This document shows, in pieces, positions 1 through 10,310 of a stretch of 64,000 nt of DNA (position 1 is its first letter; every line of letters begins with the position of its first letter). The notes under the pieces are model-generated. The model did no database searches and was not told the DNA's origin. It worked only from the letters and a program-made list of their open reading frames with translations. This DNA is from an uncultured bacterium (GTDB taxonomy: Bacteria; Armatimonadota; Abditibacteriia; Abditibacteriales; Abditibacteriaceae), in the NCBI GenBank assembly GCA_963843795.1, contig CAWJLW010000006.1, positions 1,178,001-1,242,000 of the forward strand. The letters are read 5' to 3'. A program made the translations under genes and the position numbers.

Positions 1-13
1 CTCTCGGTTCGAC

Positions 14-1885
14 ATGAAGCCCGAACCCATGCAGACTTATTCGCCCGACAGAAATGGCGTTTCAACGACACCCTCTGCTACAACTGCTTCTGGTAGCGCA
101 ACTTCGCCTGCCGCGCCTGGAACTTCGTCTGGTGCTGCAAGCAACAGTGGCAATTTCGGCCCCGGTGATTTTGGTTCGAGGAATGTAGTGTCATCGTCGC
201 CGTTTGCGTTAGGTTCAGGGAATGTGGGAGGCAGCGCCGGAGGTTCACCTTTTGTGGTCGGTGCAGCTCAGATGGCCTCGGCGCCCTTACGTCGTGCTTT
301 GGTGGCCAGCGGATTTCCCGATGTCTTGAACGCTGCGCCCAATAGCAACACCTTGCAGCGCGTTTTTAATAGCAATCGACTTTCACCGGGCGTCGTCGAA
401 GCGTTGCGCGTCGAGATGGCGCGTTTGGCTTTGGCGACCACAGCTCCCATCGAAAATCCAACCGTACTGGAAAAAAGTGCGGATGTGAAAAGCGCGCCAG
501 AAAATGAAGCCGCGCCGGAAATTGTTCAGAACATGATGCCTTTGACTTACAGCGCGGCTTACCGTGCAGGAGCGCGCATCGGTCAGGCGGTGGGTTATCG
601 CGCGGTGATTGCGATGGGAATGCTACCACAGTCAAGTCGGGAAGGCGAAGCGGAGAATGCGGCGACTTTTGTGATGATGGTAATTGATGCCGGTCGCGAA
701 ACCGGCGACCAGATGGTGTTTCGCGAAAGTGGCACCAGCGCGCTGGCTCTCAACGAAAGTGCGGCCCTGGTGGCCAGCGCCTACATCACGCGCGAGACCG
801 CCAAATGGCCGGTGTTAACCGAGCGCGACAAAAATGCGCGCGCTGATGCTTATCTTTTGCAAGCGCGCGCTTCAATGCAAGCGGGCAACTTCGACGAGGC
901 GCGCAACACGATCAATCAAGTGTTGGCGTTCGATCCCAATCGCACAGAAGCGCGCTTATTGTTGGCCGATATGCTGCGCTCAACCGACCCTACAGCTTCG
1001 GCGCGCGTCTACAACAATGTGCTGGAAGCTGGCGGTGGCGATGGGCCGACGTGGGCCAAAGCTGCTATCTCGTTCACTCTGGGAGATACCCCTGATTGGC
1101 CGGCAGCGCTCAGCGCTGCCCGAAAAGCTCTGGCCTTGAAATACGATTCTTCAGCTCTGCGGCAAGCAATGGCAACTGCAGAGCTGGGTCGCGCGATGCT
1201 GTTTCGTAATGCCGACCGAGTCGAATCGGCGGAAAATGCCGAAGCTGAAGCCGAAAAACATCTCAATCGTGCACTGGAAATGGCGCCCGATGATCCCGCC
1301 ATCACGCGACTGATGATGCGTCAGTTGGTGCAAAGCGGTCGATACGCGCAGGCGCTGGTGGCGATGGATCGCATTGTGGTGATGTATCCCGATGATGTCG
1401 ATCTGCAAAGCCAATATGCCATCGCGTTACTGAAATCCAACGGACGCGATGAAGATGCTTTCGGGGCGTGGGCGCGCGCTTTCGCCTTGAGCGGAGAAGC
1501 GCCAATGACGCCGGATACGTTCACTTACCGCCACTTGGCCGAAGGTTTCGATCAGCGCGAGTCAAACCTTGGAAAGCGCGCCGGACAACTGTCGGCCAGC
1601 GTCGCTGCGGGCAATACTTCACGAGAAGCCGCGTTGGTACAAATGAATCGCTACGATCAGGACGCTGAGCAGGCCGGGGTTGCCATTAAAGCCCTGACGC
1701 CGACGCTCGACGGTCGTGGTGGCGTGTTGCACGCTTCGCGTGTGGCTGCTGCCGACCTAATGGCACAAGCCATCGCCAATCATCAAACTTATCTGGAAAC
1801 CGGACAGGGATTGTACCGCGACCGCGCCAACGAATTGCACCGTCAAGCCATTGTCGTTATTAATATGGCGCGCACCGGACGCTGA
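14..1885 (+). CDS. TPR-repeat protein with Ser/Gly/Ala-rich N-terminus (may begin upstream of window)
   Basis: 623-aa ORF with TPR-like helices (AGNFDEARNTINQVLAFDPNRTEARLLLA; ALEMAPDDPAITRLM). Confidence 0.7.
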   Translation: MKPEPMQTYSPDRNGVSTTPSATTASGSATSPAAPGTSSGAASNSGNFGPGDFGSRNVVSSSPFALGSGNVGGSAGGSPFVVGAAQMASAPLRRALVASGFPDVLNAAPNSNTLQRVFNSNRLSPGVVEALRVEMARLALATTAPIENPTVLEKSADVKSAPENEAAPEIVQNMMPLTYSAAYRAGARIGQAVGYRAVIAMGMLPQSSREGEAENAATFVMMVIDAGRETGDQMVFRESGTSALALNESAALVASAYITRETAKWPVLTERDKNARADAYLLQARASMQAGNFDEARNTINQVLAFDPNRTEARLLLADMLRSTDPTASARVYNNVLEAGGGDGPTWAKAAISFTLGDTPDWPAALSAARKALALKYDSSALRQAMATAELGRAMLFRNADRVESAENAEAEAEKHLNRALEMAPDDPAITRLMMRQLVQSGRYAQALVAMDRIVVMYPDDVDLQSQYAIALLKSNGRDEDAFGAWARAFALSGEAPMTPDTFTYRHLAEGFDQRESNLGKRAGQLSASVAAGNTSREAALVQMNRYDQDAEQAGVAIKALTPTLDGRGGVLHASRVAAADLMAQAIANHQTYLETGQGLYRDRANELHRQAIVVINMARTGR

Positions 1886-1914
1886 AACGCTCTGCAAGTA
1901 CTTGCAGAGCGTTT
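1885..1914. terminator. 30-bp perfect palindrome centred on GCAAGTACTTGC, terminator-like
   Basis: AAACGCTCTGCAAGT/ACTTGCAGAGCGTTT directly at the stop of the TPR gene. Confidence 0.55.
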
Positions 1915-1931
1915 GAAGAAGGTTTGAAATC

Positions 1932-2147
1932 ATGTCGTTGAGCAAAATTTTGATGGTGATGGGCGCCTTGATTTTCGTCGCGGGCATTGTTGTCGAAGCC
2001 GGTCGCCGTCTGGGATTAGGACGTTTGCCGGGAGATTTGCAGTTTCGCAGCGGTAACACGAGCGTTTATGTTCCCATTGTTACCTCGATTGTGATTTCTC
2101 TGGTGCTGACCGTTGTTTTGAACGTGTTGATGCGCTGGTTTCGCTGA
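1932..2147 (+). CDS. DUF2905 family small membrane protein
   Basis: LGRLPGDL...VYVPIVTSIVISLVLT signature, two hydrophobic segments. Confidence 0.85.
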   Translation: MSLSKILMVMGALIFVAGIVVEAGRRLGLGRLPGDLQFRSGNTSVYVPIVTSIVISLVLTVVLNVLMRWFR

Positions 2148-2163
2148 AGCGCATTTTGCTTAT

Positions 2164-2200
2164 TGTCCCGCGCCAACGCGAAAAGGCGCGGGACATTTTT
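2164..2200 (+). terminator. Rho-independent terminator
   Basis: TGTCCCGCGCC-loop-GGCGCGGGACA followed by TTTTT. Confidence 0.65.
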
Positions 2201-2231
2201 GTGTCTTTTATTTTTCTGCTATTTAATTTCT

Positions 2232-3333
2232 ATGTTGGTTGAAGCTCTCGATTTTCATCTGCCGCCCGAACTTATCGCGCAGGAACCCGCGCGCCCACGC
2301 GACAGCGCGCGTCTGCTGTATTGGAAGCGCGCGAGCAACGCGTTATCGCAGCGCGTCATCAGCGATTTGCCGGAAATTTTGCGTCCCGGCGACTTGCTCA
2401 TCGGCAACGATAGCCGAGTTTTGCGCGCGCGTTTGCGCGGCACCAAGCGCGAAAGCGGCGGGCGCGTCGAAGCGTTTTTGCTACGCGAACTAGCGCTCAA
2501 TCGCTGGCAATGTTTGCTTAAACCCAGCGCGCGCTTGCGTTCGCAAATGTGGCTGCGCTTCGCAACCGAAGACGGAAAAATTACGCTCGATGCCCAACCT
2601 TTAGCGCGAGAAGATCAAATCTGGCAGGTGCAATTCTTTCCCACCTCGCCGTACGATGATGTGCGCCAACTTTTGCCATTTTTGGGACAAGTTCCCTTGC
2701 CGCCTTACATTCAACATAGCGCACCGGAAAGCGATTACCAAACTGTTTACGCACGTTCTATTGACAAAAACTCAGACGAGGCGCAAGGATTGGATTCGGT
2801 CGCCGCGCCGACGGCGGGTTTGCATTTCACGCCTCAACTTTTAGAACGGTTACAAGCGGTTGGCATTGATCGAGCATTTGTCACTTTAGGTGTTGGGCTG
2901 GGAACTTTTTTGCCGGTGCAGTGCGAAGATTTGGACGATCATGTGATGCACGGCGAAGATTTCTGGATTTCCGAGACGACCGCCGCGCGTATCGCGGAAC
3001 AAAAAGCGCGTGGCGGTCGCGTGGTCGCGATTGGAACTACAGCGGCACGCGCGCTGGAAGCGGCCAGCGATGAAAAGGGTCGGGTGAAAAGCGGCCATGC
3101 GCACACGCAAATTTTCATTCGTCCCGGCTATCGTTTCCGCGCGGTTGATGCTTTGTTAACCAATTTTCATCTGCCGCGCTCGACGCTGCTGGCTTTGGTT
3201 TCGGCGTTTGTGGAAAACGATCCCGAAGTTCGTGCTGGCGAAGGTTTGCCGCAAGTTACTTGCAACCTATCAATTCGCGATTGAAGAGCGCTATCGTTTC
3301 TTTTCGTTTGGTGATGCGATGTTGATCGAGTGA
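2232..3333 (+). CDS. queA: S-adenosylmethionine:tRNA ribosyltransferase-isomerase (apparent +1 frameshift near 3256)
   Basis: DFHLPPELIAQEP, VPLPPYI, SVAAPTAGLHFT, TNFHLPRSTLL; removing one T at about 3256 restores the C-terminus YRFFSFGDAMLIE*. Confidence 0.93.
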
Positions 3334-3387
3334 AAGTGGGCAGCAAGTACTTGCAGTGGCGGCACACAATTCAAATACTATTTGGGC

Positions 3388-3990
3388 ATGAAAAATTCCG
3401 ACAAAGTTTCTGATGCGTTTCCTTCGCGTGCCACGCGGCAGCGTTACGCGAAGGAAACGCGCGCGCAGATGATGGAACGACTGACTAATCCGCTGCTTTC
3501 GCTGCATGAAGCGGGCGTGATTTTGAATGTGTGCGCTTCTACGCTGCGTCGTTACACCGATAGCGGTATTTTGCCTCACGAACGCACAGCGGGTGGCCAG
3601 CGCCGTTTCCGCTTGAACGATGTGCTGGCTTTGCTTGACGAACGCGAAGAACAGCGTCAAGCCGCTCGGCGCCAACGTCGCACGCGCGGTCGCATTCGTG
3701 GTTCCCAAGTCTCGCAATCCAGACCTGAACGCTTATCAGTGCGCGTCGAACCGAACAGAATTGCAGCGCAGCCACAACGCAAACCAGTGCTCAGTCTGGC
3801 TGAACAGCGTCGGATGGCGGCGGAAAAAGTTTTGCACGCGGCGCAGGCGCGCGTGCAGAAATTTTCTCAGGCCGCAGCCCAGAAAAACGCGGTGCGCACG
3901 ACACCTCCGCCGCGCATTTCGCTCAGTCGTTTGGCCGCTCTGGGACGCCGAGAAATGGACGAAGAGCGTGCGCAGCAGGATGAAGATTAA
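3388..3990 (+). CDS. Excisionase/BldC-like MerR-type HTH DNA-binding protein with basic C-terminal extension
   Basis: LLSLHEAGVILNVCASTLRRYTDSGILPHERTAGGQRRF. Confidence 0.75.
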   Translation: MKNSDKVSDAFPSRATRQRYAKETRAQMMERLTNPLLSLHEAGVILNVCASTLRRYTDSGILPHERTAGGQRRFRLNDVLALLDEREEQRQAARRQRRTRGRIRGSQVSQSRPERLSVRVEPNRIAAQPQRKPVLSLAEQRRMAAEKVLHAAQARVQKFSQAAAQKNAVRTTPPPRISLSRLAALGRREMDEERAQQDED

Positions 3991-4033
3991 AGCACAAAAG
4001 TAAAGCGTCCGGTGATTTTGGAAGGATATGTGG

Positions 4034-4067
4034 CAAAACGCTCTGCAAGTACTTGCAGAGCGTTTTG
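4034..4067. terminator. 34-bp perfect palindrome centred on the iterated motif
   Basis: CAAAACGCTCTGCAAGT/ACTTGCAGAGCGTTTTG, 44 nt after the upstream stop. Confidence 0.55.
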
Positions 4068-4105
4068 TGTTGAAGTTTTGTGGAAACTAAAGCGCACATT
4101 CAATT

Positions 4106-4879
4106 ATGGAAATTAGCGAATACACGCGTATGCACGCGCTCGAAACGCAATACTGGTGGTTTGTCGGTCGCCGCGCCATTATCGCCGACCTGCTCAATTG
4201 GAAATCCGATTTATCTTCACCGCAAATCCTCGATATCGGCTGTGGAACCGGCGCGAATCTGCCGATGCTGCGCGAATTTGCGGGCGAAAATGGTCGCATC
4301 GCCGCTATCGACTTTTCACCCCACGCGCTGCATTTCGCGCGCACGCATCCCAGCGCTGGTGAAGTTTCGCTTTTGCAAGGCGACGCGCTGCATTTGCCCT
4401 TCGCCGATGCCAGCTTCGACATCGTGACGATGTTCGATGTTTTGGAGCATTTGCCCGACGACAATCGCGCGCTTTCGGAAGTTCATCGTGTGCTAAAACC
4501 CGGCGGACGTTACGTGTGGAGCGTTCCGGCCTATCAGCATTTGTGGAGCGCGCACGATACCGCACTCCATCACTTTCGGCGCTATGAAAAAGACGGTTTG
4601 CGCCGTTTGATATTGAAAAATGGATTTCGCATCGGACGCTTATCGTTCGCGATGAGCTTGATGCCGCCGGTTGCGTGGCTATGGCGCAAAATGGTTTTGC
4701 CGTTCGTCCCCAAACGCCCGCGCGACGCCACACGGCATTCGCAAGGCGCAGTTCTACCATCTGTTCCGCCACTTTTCAACGCGATGCTGGTGCAATATCT
4801 GCGTGCTGAAGGTCGTATCATTCCACGTCGCCCGCTGAAATTCGGCACATCACTGGTTGGTGTGGCGATTAAGAAGTGA
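4106..4879 (+). CDS. Class I SAM-dependent methyltransferase
   Basis: ILDIGCGTG, GDALHLPFADASFD, DVLEH motifs. Confidence 0.88.
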   Translation: MEISEYTRMHALETQYWWFVGRRAIIADLLNWKSDLSSPQILDIGCGTGANLPMLREFAGENGRIAAIDFSPHALHFARTHPSAGEVSLLQGDALHLPFADASFDIVTMFDVLEHLPDDNRALSEVHRVLKPGGRYVWSVPAYQHLWSAHDTALHHFRRYEKDGLRRLILKNGFRIGRLSFAMSLMPPVAWLWRKMVLPFVPKRPRDATRHSQGAVLPSVPPLFNAMLVQYLRAEGRIIPRRPLKFGTSLVGVAIKK

Positions 4880-4900
4880 GGTTTGGATATCATCAAAACG

Positions 4901-4940
4901 AAAGCCGCGACTTCAATTTGAAGTCGCGGCTTTTCTTTTT
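4901..4940 (+). terminator. Rho-independent terminator between convergent genes
   Basis: AAAGCCGCGACTTCAA-T-TTGAAGTCGCGGCTTT followed by a T-rich tail. Confidence 0.75.
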
Positions 4941-4958
4941 CTCGTCGGAATTCGTTTT

Positions 4959-4987
4959 GTAGGGGCGAACACAAGATTCGCCTCTAC
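4959..4987. repeat. GTAG...CTAC REP-like hairpin
   Basis: GTAGGGGCGAA-cacaaga-TTCGCCTCTAC. Confidence 0.55.
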
Positions 4988-5047
4988 AAAACCGTGCATA
5001 AATCTTTTAAGTTCGCAATTATTTACGCCTGCAAGTACTTGCAGCGA

Positions 5048-6217
5048 CTAAACCAGGGCGATTTCGGTTTCGGTGTCGAAAACGTGAACGGCGTCGGCAT
5101 CCAAAACCACGTCCAGAGTTTGGCCTTCATGAGCTTTACTGGCGGCGTCAACTTGGGCGGTCAGAGCTTGGGTTCCGCTACGCAGAAACGTGACCGAAGT
5201 TGAACCCATCGGCTCGACAACTTCGACATCCATTGTGATGGATTCGCCGACATCTTTGGCCGAAAGCGGCACGAAATCTTTGTCGTGAATATCTTCGGGA
5301 CGAATGCCGAAAGTTACGCTTTTACCGTCGTAATCGCGTAAGGCATCGGCGCGGTCGGTGGGTAGAGGAATCGAAAACGTGCCCGCATCCAAAACCGGCA
5401 CGCCATTTTGGAAAGTCAAGTTAGCGGGCGCAAAGTTCATTGAAGGCGTTCCGATGAAACCGGCCACGAACATGTTGGCGGGCTTGTGATAAAGCGTTAG
5501 TGGTTCGTCGCACTGCTGTAACACGCCGTCGCGCATCACGGCGATGCGCTGACCCATCGTCATCGCTTCCACCTGATCGTGCGTCACGTAGATCGTGGTC
5601 ACGCCCAATCGACGATGCAATTTGATCAATTCGGCGCGCGTTTGCACGCGCAGCTTTGCGTCAAGGTTGGAAAGCGGCTCGTCCATCAAAAACACTTCAG
5701 GATGGCGCACAATCGCGCGTCCCAGCGCCACACGCTGACGTTGACCACCAGAAAGCGCTTTGGGCTTGCGGTCGAGCAGGTGAGTGATGCCCAACAGTTC
5801 GGCGGCTTCACGAATCTGCTTGTCAATTCCGTCGGCGATTTCTTTGGTTTTCGCGCCATTGGTAACGCGCTGGAAAAAGCTCGGCATTTCGCGCAATTTC
5901 AAGCCGAACGCCATGTTGTCGTAAACGCTCATGTGCGGATAAAGAGCATAGTTTTGAAAGACCATAGCAATGTTGCGATCGCGCGGGGGCAGATTGTTGA
6001 CCACGCGATCTCCGATGTAAATCTCGCCATCGGTCACGTCTTCGAGACCGGCCAGCATGCGCAATGCGGTCGATTTGCCACAGCCCGAAGGGCCAACCAG
6101 AACCAAAAATTCGCCGTCGCGAATTTCGATATTGAGATTATCGACCGCCTTGACCGATTTTTTGGTCTGAGCGTCGATAAAAGTTTTTTCCAGATTACGC
6201 AGCGCAACAGTTGCCAT
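5048..6217 (-). CDS. Sugar ABC transporter ATP-binding protein (MalK/UgpC/MsmX family)
   Basis: GPSGCGKST Walker A, LSGGQRQR signature, FLMDEPLSNLDAKLR, C-terminal TOBE-like region. Confidence 0.93.
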   Translation of the reverse strand: MATVALRNLEKTFIDAQTKKSVKAVDNLNIEIRDGEFLVLVGPSGCGKSTALRMLAGLEDVTDGEIYIGDRVVNNLPPRDRNIAMVFQNYALYPHMSVYDNMAFGLKLREMPSFFQRVTNGAKTKEIADGIDKQIREAAELLGITHLLDRKPKALSGGQRQRVALGRAIVRHPEVFLMDEPLSNLDAKLRVQTRAELIKLHRRLGVTTIYVTHDQVEAMTMGQRIAVMRDGVLQQCDEPLTLYHKPANMFVAGFIGTPSMNFAPANLTFQNGVPVLDAGTFSIPLPTDRADALRDYDGKSVTFGIRPEDIHDKDFVPLSAKDVGESITMDVEVVEPMGSTSVTFLRSGTQALTAQVDAASKAHEGQTLDVVLDADAVHVFDTETEIALV

Positions 6218-6388
6218 AGCTCGTTTCCTTTCCCAAATTTAAACGCTAAACGTCGTGTTTTGAATGCATTAATCCTATCACGAATCAGCCGTCACGACAC
6301 GCTTTTTTCCTGCGAGGCCAGCAGAAATCTGTCGATGTGCGCCGCAAGTACTTGCAGCAGCCTTTGTGCTTATGCCAACCTTGAACGG

Positions 6389-7423
6389 ATGAATTCTTCC
6401 GCTCTCACTCTCGAAAATCCGTCGTTTTCAACTTCCGAATCTCCCGATTTCGATGCGCTGGCCGACTTGTCGCTCAACGGCCAACAATTGTCGCGCGAAC
6501 AAGCACGCGCTGTCCTGCACGCCACGCCCGAACAAATGCCCGCACTTTTATCCGCTACGTCACGCGTGCGCGAAAAAACGCATGGCAAACGCGTGAAATT
6601 GTGCGTGCTGTTAAATGCACAAAGCGGCATTTGTCCCGAAGATTGCAATTACTGCTCGCAATCGAAAATTTCCACAGCGCCGGTCGAAAAATACAAGCTG
6701 CTGCCGCCCGAACGCATTCACGCCGATGCTCAGCGCGCCGCACAAGCCGGAGCGCGCCGCTTTTGTATCGTCACCGCCGCGCGCGGCCCGCGCCAGAAAG
6801 ACATCGACCAACTCAGCGAAGCCATCGGGCGCATTCGCGCCGATGCAAGTACGTGCGACCTGGAAATTTGCACTTCTTTGGGTTTGTTGGACGAAAATCA
6901 GTGCGCGCAATTGAAAGAGGCGGGCGTCGATTACGTCAATCACAATCTCAACACCAGCGCCGAACATTACGCGAAAATTTGTTCGACGCATACCTACCAA
7001 GATCGCATACGCACTCTGGAGAATGTGCAAAGCGCCGGTTTGAAAACCTGCAGCGGTGGCATTATCGGCATGGGTGAAAGCGAAGACGATATTTTGGAAT
7101 TGGCTTTCACGACACGCGCCATGAATATCGAATCGATTCCGGTGAATTTTCTTTTATCCATCAAAGGCACGCCGCTACAGGGCCGCGAATTTATCGACGC
7201 CGACTGGGGACTGAAAGTGTTGTGTCTGATGCGTTTGCTCAATCCCGATAAAGAAGTACGCGTTTCCGCGGGCCGTGAACGTTTGGGCGAACGCCAAGTT
7301 CAAGCGTTGTGTGCCGCCAATTCGCTGTTTGTCGATGGCTATTTGACGACGCCGGGCCAAAGCCATGAAGATGTTAAAGCGTGGATAGAAGCAGCAGGAT
7401 ATTCTGTAGAAGTCGGAATGTAG
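6389..7423 (+). CDS. bioB: Biotin synthase (radical SAM)
   Basis: CPEDCNYCSQS, NHNLNTS, CSGGIIGMGE, IPVNFL. Confidence 0.95.
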   Translation: MNSSALTLENPSFSTSESPDFDALADLSLNGQQLSREQARAVLHATPEQMPALLSATSRVREKTHGKRVKLCVLLNAQSGICPEDCNYCSQSKISTAPVEKYKLLPPERIHADAQRAAQAGARRFCIVTAARGPRQKDIDQLSEAIGRIRADASTCDLEICTSLGLLDENQCAQLKEAGVDYVNHNLNTSAEHYAKICSTHTYQDRIRTLENVQSAGLKTCSGGIIGMGESEDDILELAFTTRAMNIESIPVNFLLSIKGTPLQGREFIDADWGLKVLCLMRLLNPDKEVRVSAGRERLGERQVQALCAANSLFVDGYLTTPGQSHEDVKAWIEAAGYSVEVGM

Positions 7424-7547
7424 ATTGTGGAGATTAGAATGTGGAAGTCGCTTTTCTATGTTCCTACCACCCTGCAAGTACTTGCAGCAACCCCTGAACT
7501 TTTTAATTGAAACTTTCACCTTCTTTCCGTATATTCCCCTCCCGATT

Positions 7548-8504
7548 ATGAACGATTTTAGCCCGCGCAACTGGCGTTTAAAGATTTTTTCCGGTTTGGC
7601 AAATCCCGCGTTGGCGCAAGAAGTATGCGATTGGTTGGGAGAACCGTTGGGTAAAGCGCACATCACGCAATTTTCCAACGAGAATATTTTCGTGCAAATC
7701 GAGGAAAATGTGCGCGAGGCCGACGTTTATGTCATTCAGCCTTTCACCACTCCGGTTCACAACAGCATCATGCAACTGATGATTATGATGGACGCCCTAC
7801 GCTCGGCTTCGGCGCGTCGCATCACTGCGGTGATTCCTTACTATTCCTATGCGCGCTCGGACAAAAAGGACGCGCCGCGCATTTCCATTACAGGCCGTCT
7901 GATGGCCGATTTGCTCACGACCAGCGGCGCCAATCGCGTTTTGACGATGACGTTGCACGCGCCGCAAGTGCAGGGTTTTTTCTCGGTGCCGACCGACCAA
8001 TTGTTCGCCACGCCGATTCTCACACGCCACTTTCAAGAGATGGGTTTGGAAAACGTCGTCGTAGTCGCGCCTGACGCCGGACACGCCAAACGGGCTGGCG
8101 AATTTGCCCAACGTCTGCGCGCGCCGATTGCTTTTGTCGATAAGCGCCGCGTTAGTGACGAAGAAGTCGAAACTTCGGACGTAATCGGGCGCGTGCGTGG
8201 AAAAAATTGCTTGATCGTGGATGATGAAATCGCCGCAGGTTCGACCACGATTTCAACGATGCAAGTGCTTTTGGATGCGGGTGCGCGCGATGTTTACGCC
8301 GCCGCCACGCACGGAGTTTTGTGCGGTCCGGCTATTGAACGTTTGCAAAACAGCGCTTTAAAAAATGTCACGGTGACCAATACGGTTCATGTGCCCGCAG
8401 AAAAGCAATTCGATAGATTACAGGTTTTATCGGTGGCACCGCTGTTCGGTGCAGCAATTCGTTCGATTCACACAGGCGAAAGTATTTCCGCGCTTTTTAA
8501 CTAA
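7548..8504 (+). CDS. prs: Ribose-phosphate pyrophosphokinase
   Basis: VIPYYSYARSDKK, LHAPQVQGFF, VAPDAG, IVDDEIAAGST, ATHGVL. Confidence 0.95.
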   Translation: MNDFSPRNWRLKIFSGLANPALAQEVCDWLGEPLGKAHITQFSNENIFVQIEENVREADVYVIQPFTTPVHNSIMQLMIMMDALRSASARRITAVIPYYSYARSDKKDAPRISITGRLMADLLTTSGANRVLTMTLHAPQVQGFFSVPTDQLFATPILTRHFQEMGLENVVVVAPDAGHAKRAGEFAQRLRAPIAFVDKRRVSDEEVETSDVIGRVRGKNCLIVDDEIAAGSTTISTMQVLLDAGARDVYAAATHGVLCGPAIERLQNSALKNVTVTNTVHVPAEKQFDRLQVLSVAPLFGAAIRSIHTGESISALFN

Positions 8505-8589
8505 CTTCGGTAGTTGTTTCCAAGGGCCCAGGTGGAACGCAAGTACTTGCAGGGCGTGAAAAACCGAAATTGTTCAGCAAGGAAACGTG

Positions 8590-9087
8590 ATGTTTTGGGG
8601 ACGCAAAGAAGAACCGCCGCCACGCGATTGGAGGCTGCTGAGTACAATCGGCTTATGGATTTTGACGACGCTGCTGTTCGCGCTGTCGATTCCCATCGCT
8701 GCCATATTGAGCAGCGCGTTGGTTTCTTTCGTCGTTTTGGGTGCTGCGGTTTTGGCAACGGCGTTTATCTGGGCGTTTGGCGGACGCAACTGGCGAGACG
8801 AAAAAAGCGAGCGTCTGGGCCGCGAAGCCGCCGAAGCCGAAAATGCACAGTTGCGGGCGCAGGTCGAAGAGTTGGCATCGCAAGTCGAAGCGCTGGAAAC
8901 CATGCGTCGCTACGAACGCCGCGCGGGAATTTTCAACGACGAGCCACAAACCGATCCTCTCCAAAACGAAGAATTTGCTGTCGTGGTAGAAGAAACTATT
9001 AGCGCTCCGGCTGCGGTTTTTGCTTCCGAAACTGCAGCCAAAATTCGCTCGCGCTTCAAAAACGACAAACAAAAAATCGCTTCGTGA
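8590..9087 (+). CDS. Hypothetical membrane protein with coiled coil
   Basis: Two hydrophobic segments followed by a heptad-rich region; RBS AAGGA upstream. Confidence 0.6.
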   Translation: MFWGRKEEPPPRDWRLLSTIGLWILTTLLFALSIPIAAILSSALVSFVVLGAAVLATAFIWAFGGRNWRDEKSERLGREAAEAENAQLRAQVEELASQVEALETMRRYERRAGIFNDEPQTDPLQNEEFAVVVEETISAPAAVFASETAAKIRSRFKNDKQKIAS

Positions 9088-9175
9088 ACAACAGGTCAAA
9101 ACCTTCAAATCTTCATTCTCTTTTCCTCCGTGGCTAAAAATGACTACCCGCTGTCGCAAATATGGCGACAACGGG

Positions 9176-9200
9176 TATAATTGATTGAGTTAGCGCTAAC
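9176..9200 (+). promoter_or_regulatory. -10 box (TATAAT) and LacI-type operator palindrome GTTAGCGCTAAC
   Basis: TATAAT at 9176-9181; palindrome at 9189-9200 immediately upstream of the LacI gene. Confidence 0.65.
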
Positions 9201-9212
9201 GTAAATTAATAT

Positions 9213-10289
9213 ATGGCCCGATCCGCGCGAAGTGAGAATTTTGAATGGAGTGAAGGAGCGTCCAAGACCGCGACATTGCAAGATGTGGCAGAAGCGGCTG
9301 GCGTGACTTCGATGACGGTTTCGCGCGTGATTAAAGGTCGTGATGGCGTGGGCGAGGCGACGCGCGAGCGCGTGTTGCGCATCGCGGAACAGCTCAACTA
9401 TACGCCGAATTTGTCGGCGCGGGCTTTGGCGACCGGCAAAACCGGCGTTATCGCCGTCATCAGTGGCGGTTTGAATCAGTTTTATTACGCCAATATCGTT
9501 CATCTGCTGGAAGAGGAAATCACTTCCAGCGGTTATCAGATGCGATTGCTGCACACGCACAGCGATTTGAAAGATTTGGTGAGTTCGACCCATTCGACTG
9601 CCGTCGATGGCGTTATCATCGCGGGCAAATATCACTTGGTCGAAGAGTTCCGCGCATTGGCGCCGCAGGTGTTTCAATCGTGCGTGTTCATCGATGCCTC
9701 GAAGCATAGCGAAACCGATTACGTTCACAGCAATCTGGAAACTGCTGTGGAATCTGCGCTCGAAATGATGCTCCAAGCGGGACGCACTCGTTTGGCTTAT
9801 ATCGGTCACTTCCAAAGTTTTCAACAGAAATTGAGCGAATTAATTTCAAGTCGCGCCGATGAACCTGCGGTTGTCGAAGAACGAATGCAGGCTTATCTTT
9901 CGGTTGTTAAACGAGCGGGCTTAACGCCTGAACTTATCGGATTGCAGCCCGCGTTCATTCTGACCTCAAACAGCCTGAGCAAGTACTTGCAGGAGCGCGG
10001 TTGTCCCGATGGTTTGCTGTGCGTAAATGATGAAACCGCGATGTATGTCTATCGCGCGGTGCTGGATGCGGGCTATCGCGTGCCCGACGATGTTCTGCTG
10101 GTGGGCTGCGATGGCTTGCCTTTTATGGAATGTTTTGAGCCGCCGCTGAGTACTATTGCTCAGCCGATGGCGGAAATTTGCGCGCTGGCGTGGCAATTTT
10201 TGCAAGCGCGCATCGCCAATCGCACTCTTCCTCGGCAACACCAATCCTTTGAGGCCCAATTGGTCGTTCGGCGCTCGTTGCAGCCGTAA
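9213..10289 (+). CDS. LacI family transcriptional regulator
   Basis: TLQDVAEAAGVTSMTVSRV HTH; YTPNLSARAL; PPLSTIAQP. Confidence 0.93.
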   Translation: MARSARSENFEWSEGASKTATLQDVAEAAGVTSMTVSRVIKGRDGVGEATRERVLRIAEQLNYTPNLSARALATGKTGVIAVISGGLNQFYYANIVHLLEEEITSSGYQMRLLHTHSDLKDLVSSTHSTAVDGVIIAGKYHLVEEFRALAPQVFQSCVFIDASKHSETDYVHSNLETAVESALEMMLQAGRTRLAYIGHFQSFQQKLSELISSRADEPAVVEERMQAYLSVVKRAGLTPELIGLQPAFILTSNSLSKYLQERGCPDGLLCVNDETAMYVYRAVLDAGYRVPDDVLLVGCDGLPFMECFEPPLSTIAQPMAEICALAWQFLQARIANRTLPRQHQSFEAQLVVRRSLQP

Positions 10290-10310
10290 TTGAATTCGAT
10301 TTTTTATGCT

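Noticed and set aside
2148..2231. preQ1 riboswitch upstream of queA
   Set aside because: Only a GC hairpin plus T-run is present; no preQ1 aptamer consensus is recognisable.
4106..4879. SAM methyltransferase as the DNA methylase for the palindrome
   Set aside because: It lacks DPPY/NPPY/SPPY or PC catalytic motifs and resembles small-molecule or glycan Methyltransf_11 enzymes.
5579..6388. N-terminal extension making BioB 614 aa (similar extensions on prs, ispE, the dehydrogenase and GH2)
   Set aside because: The extension overlaps the antisense ABC ATPase or intergenic DNA; family homology begins at the later ATG.
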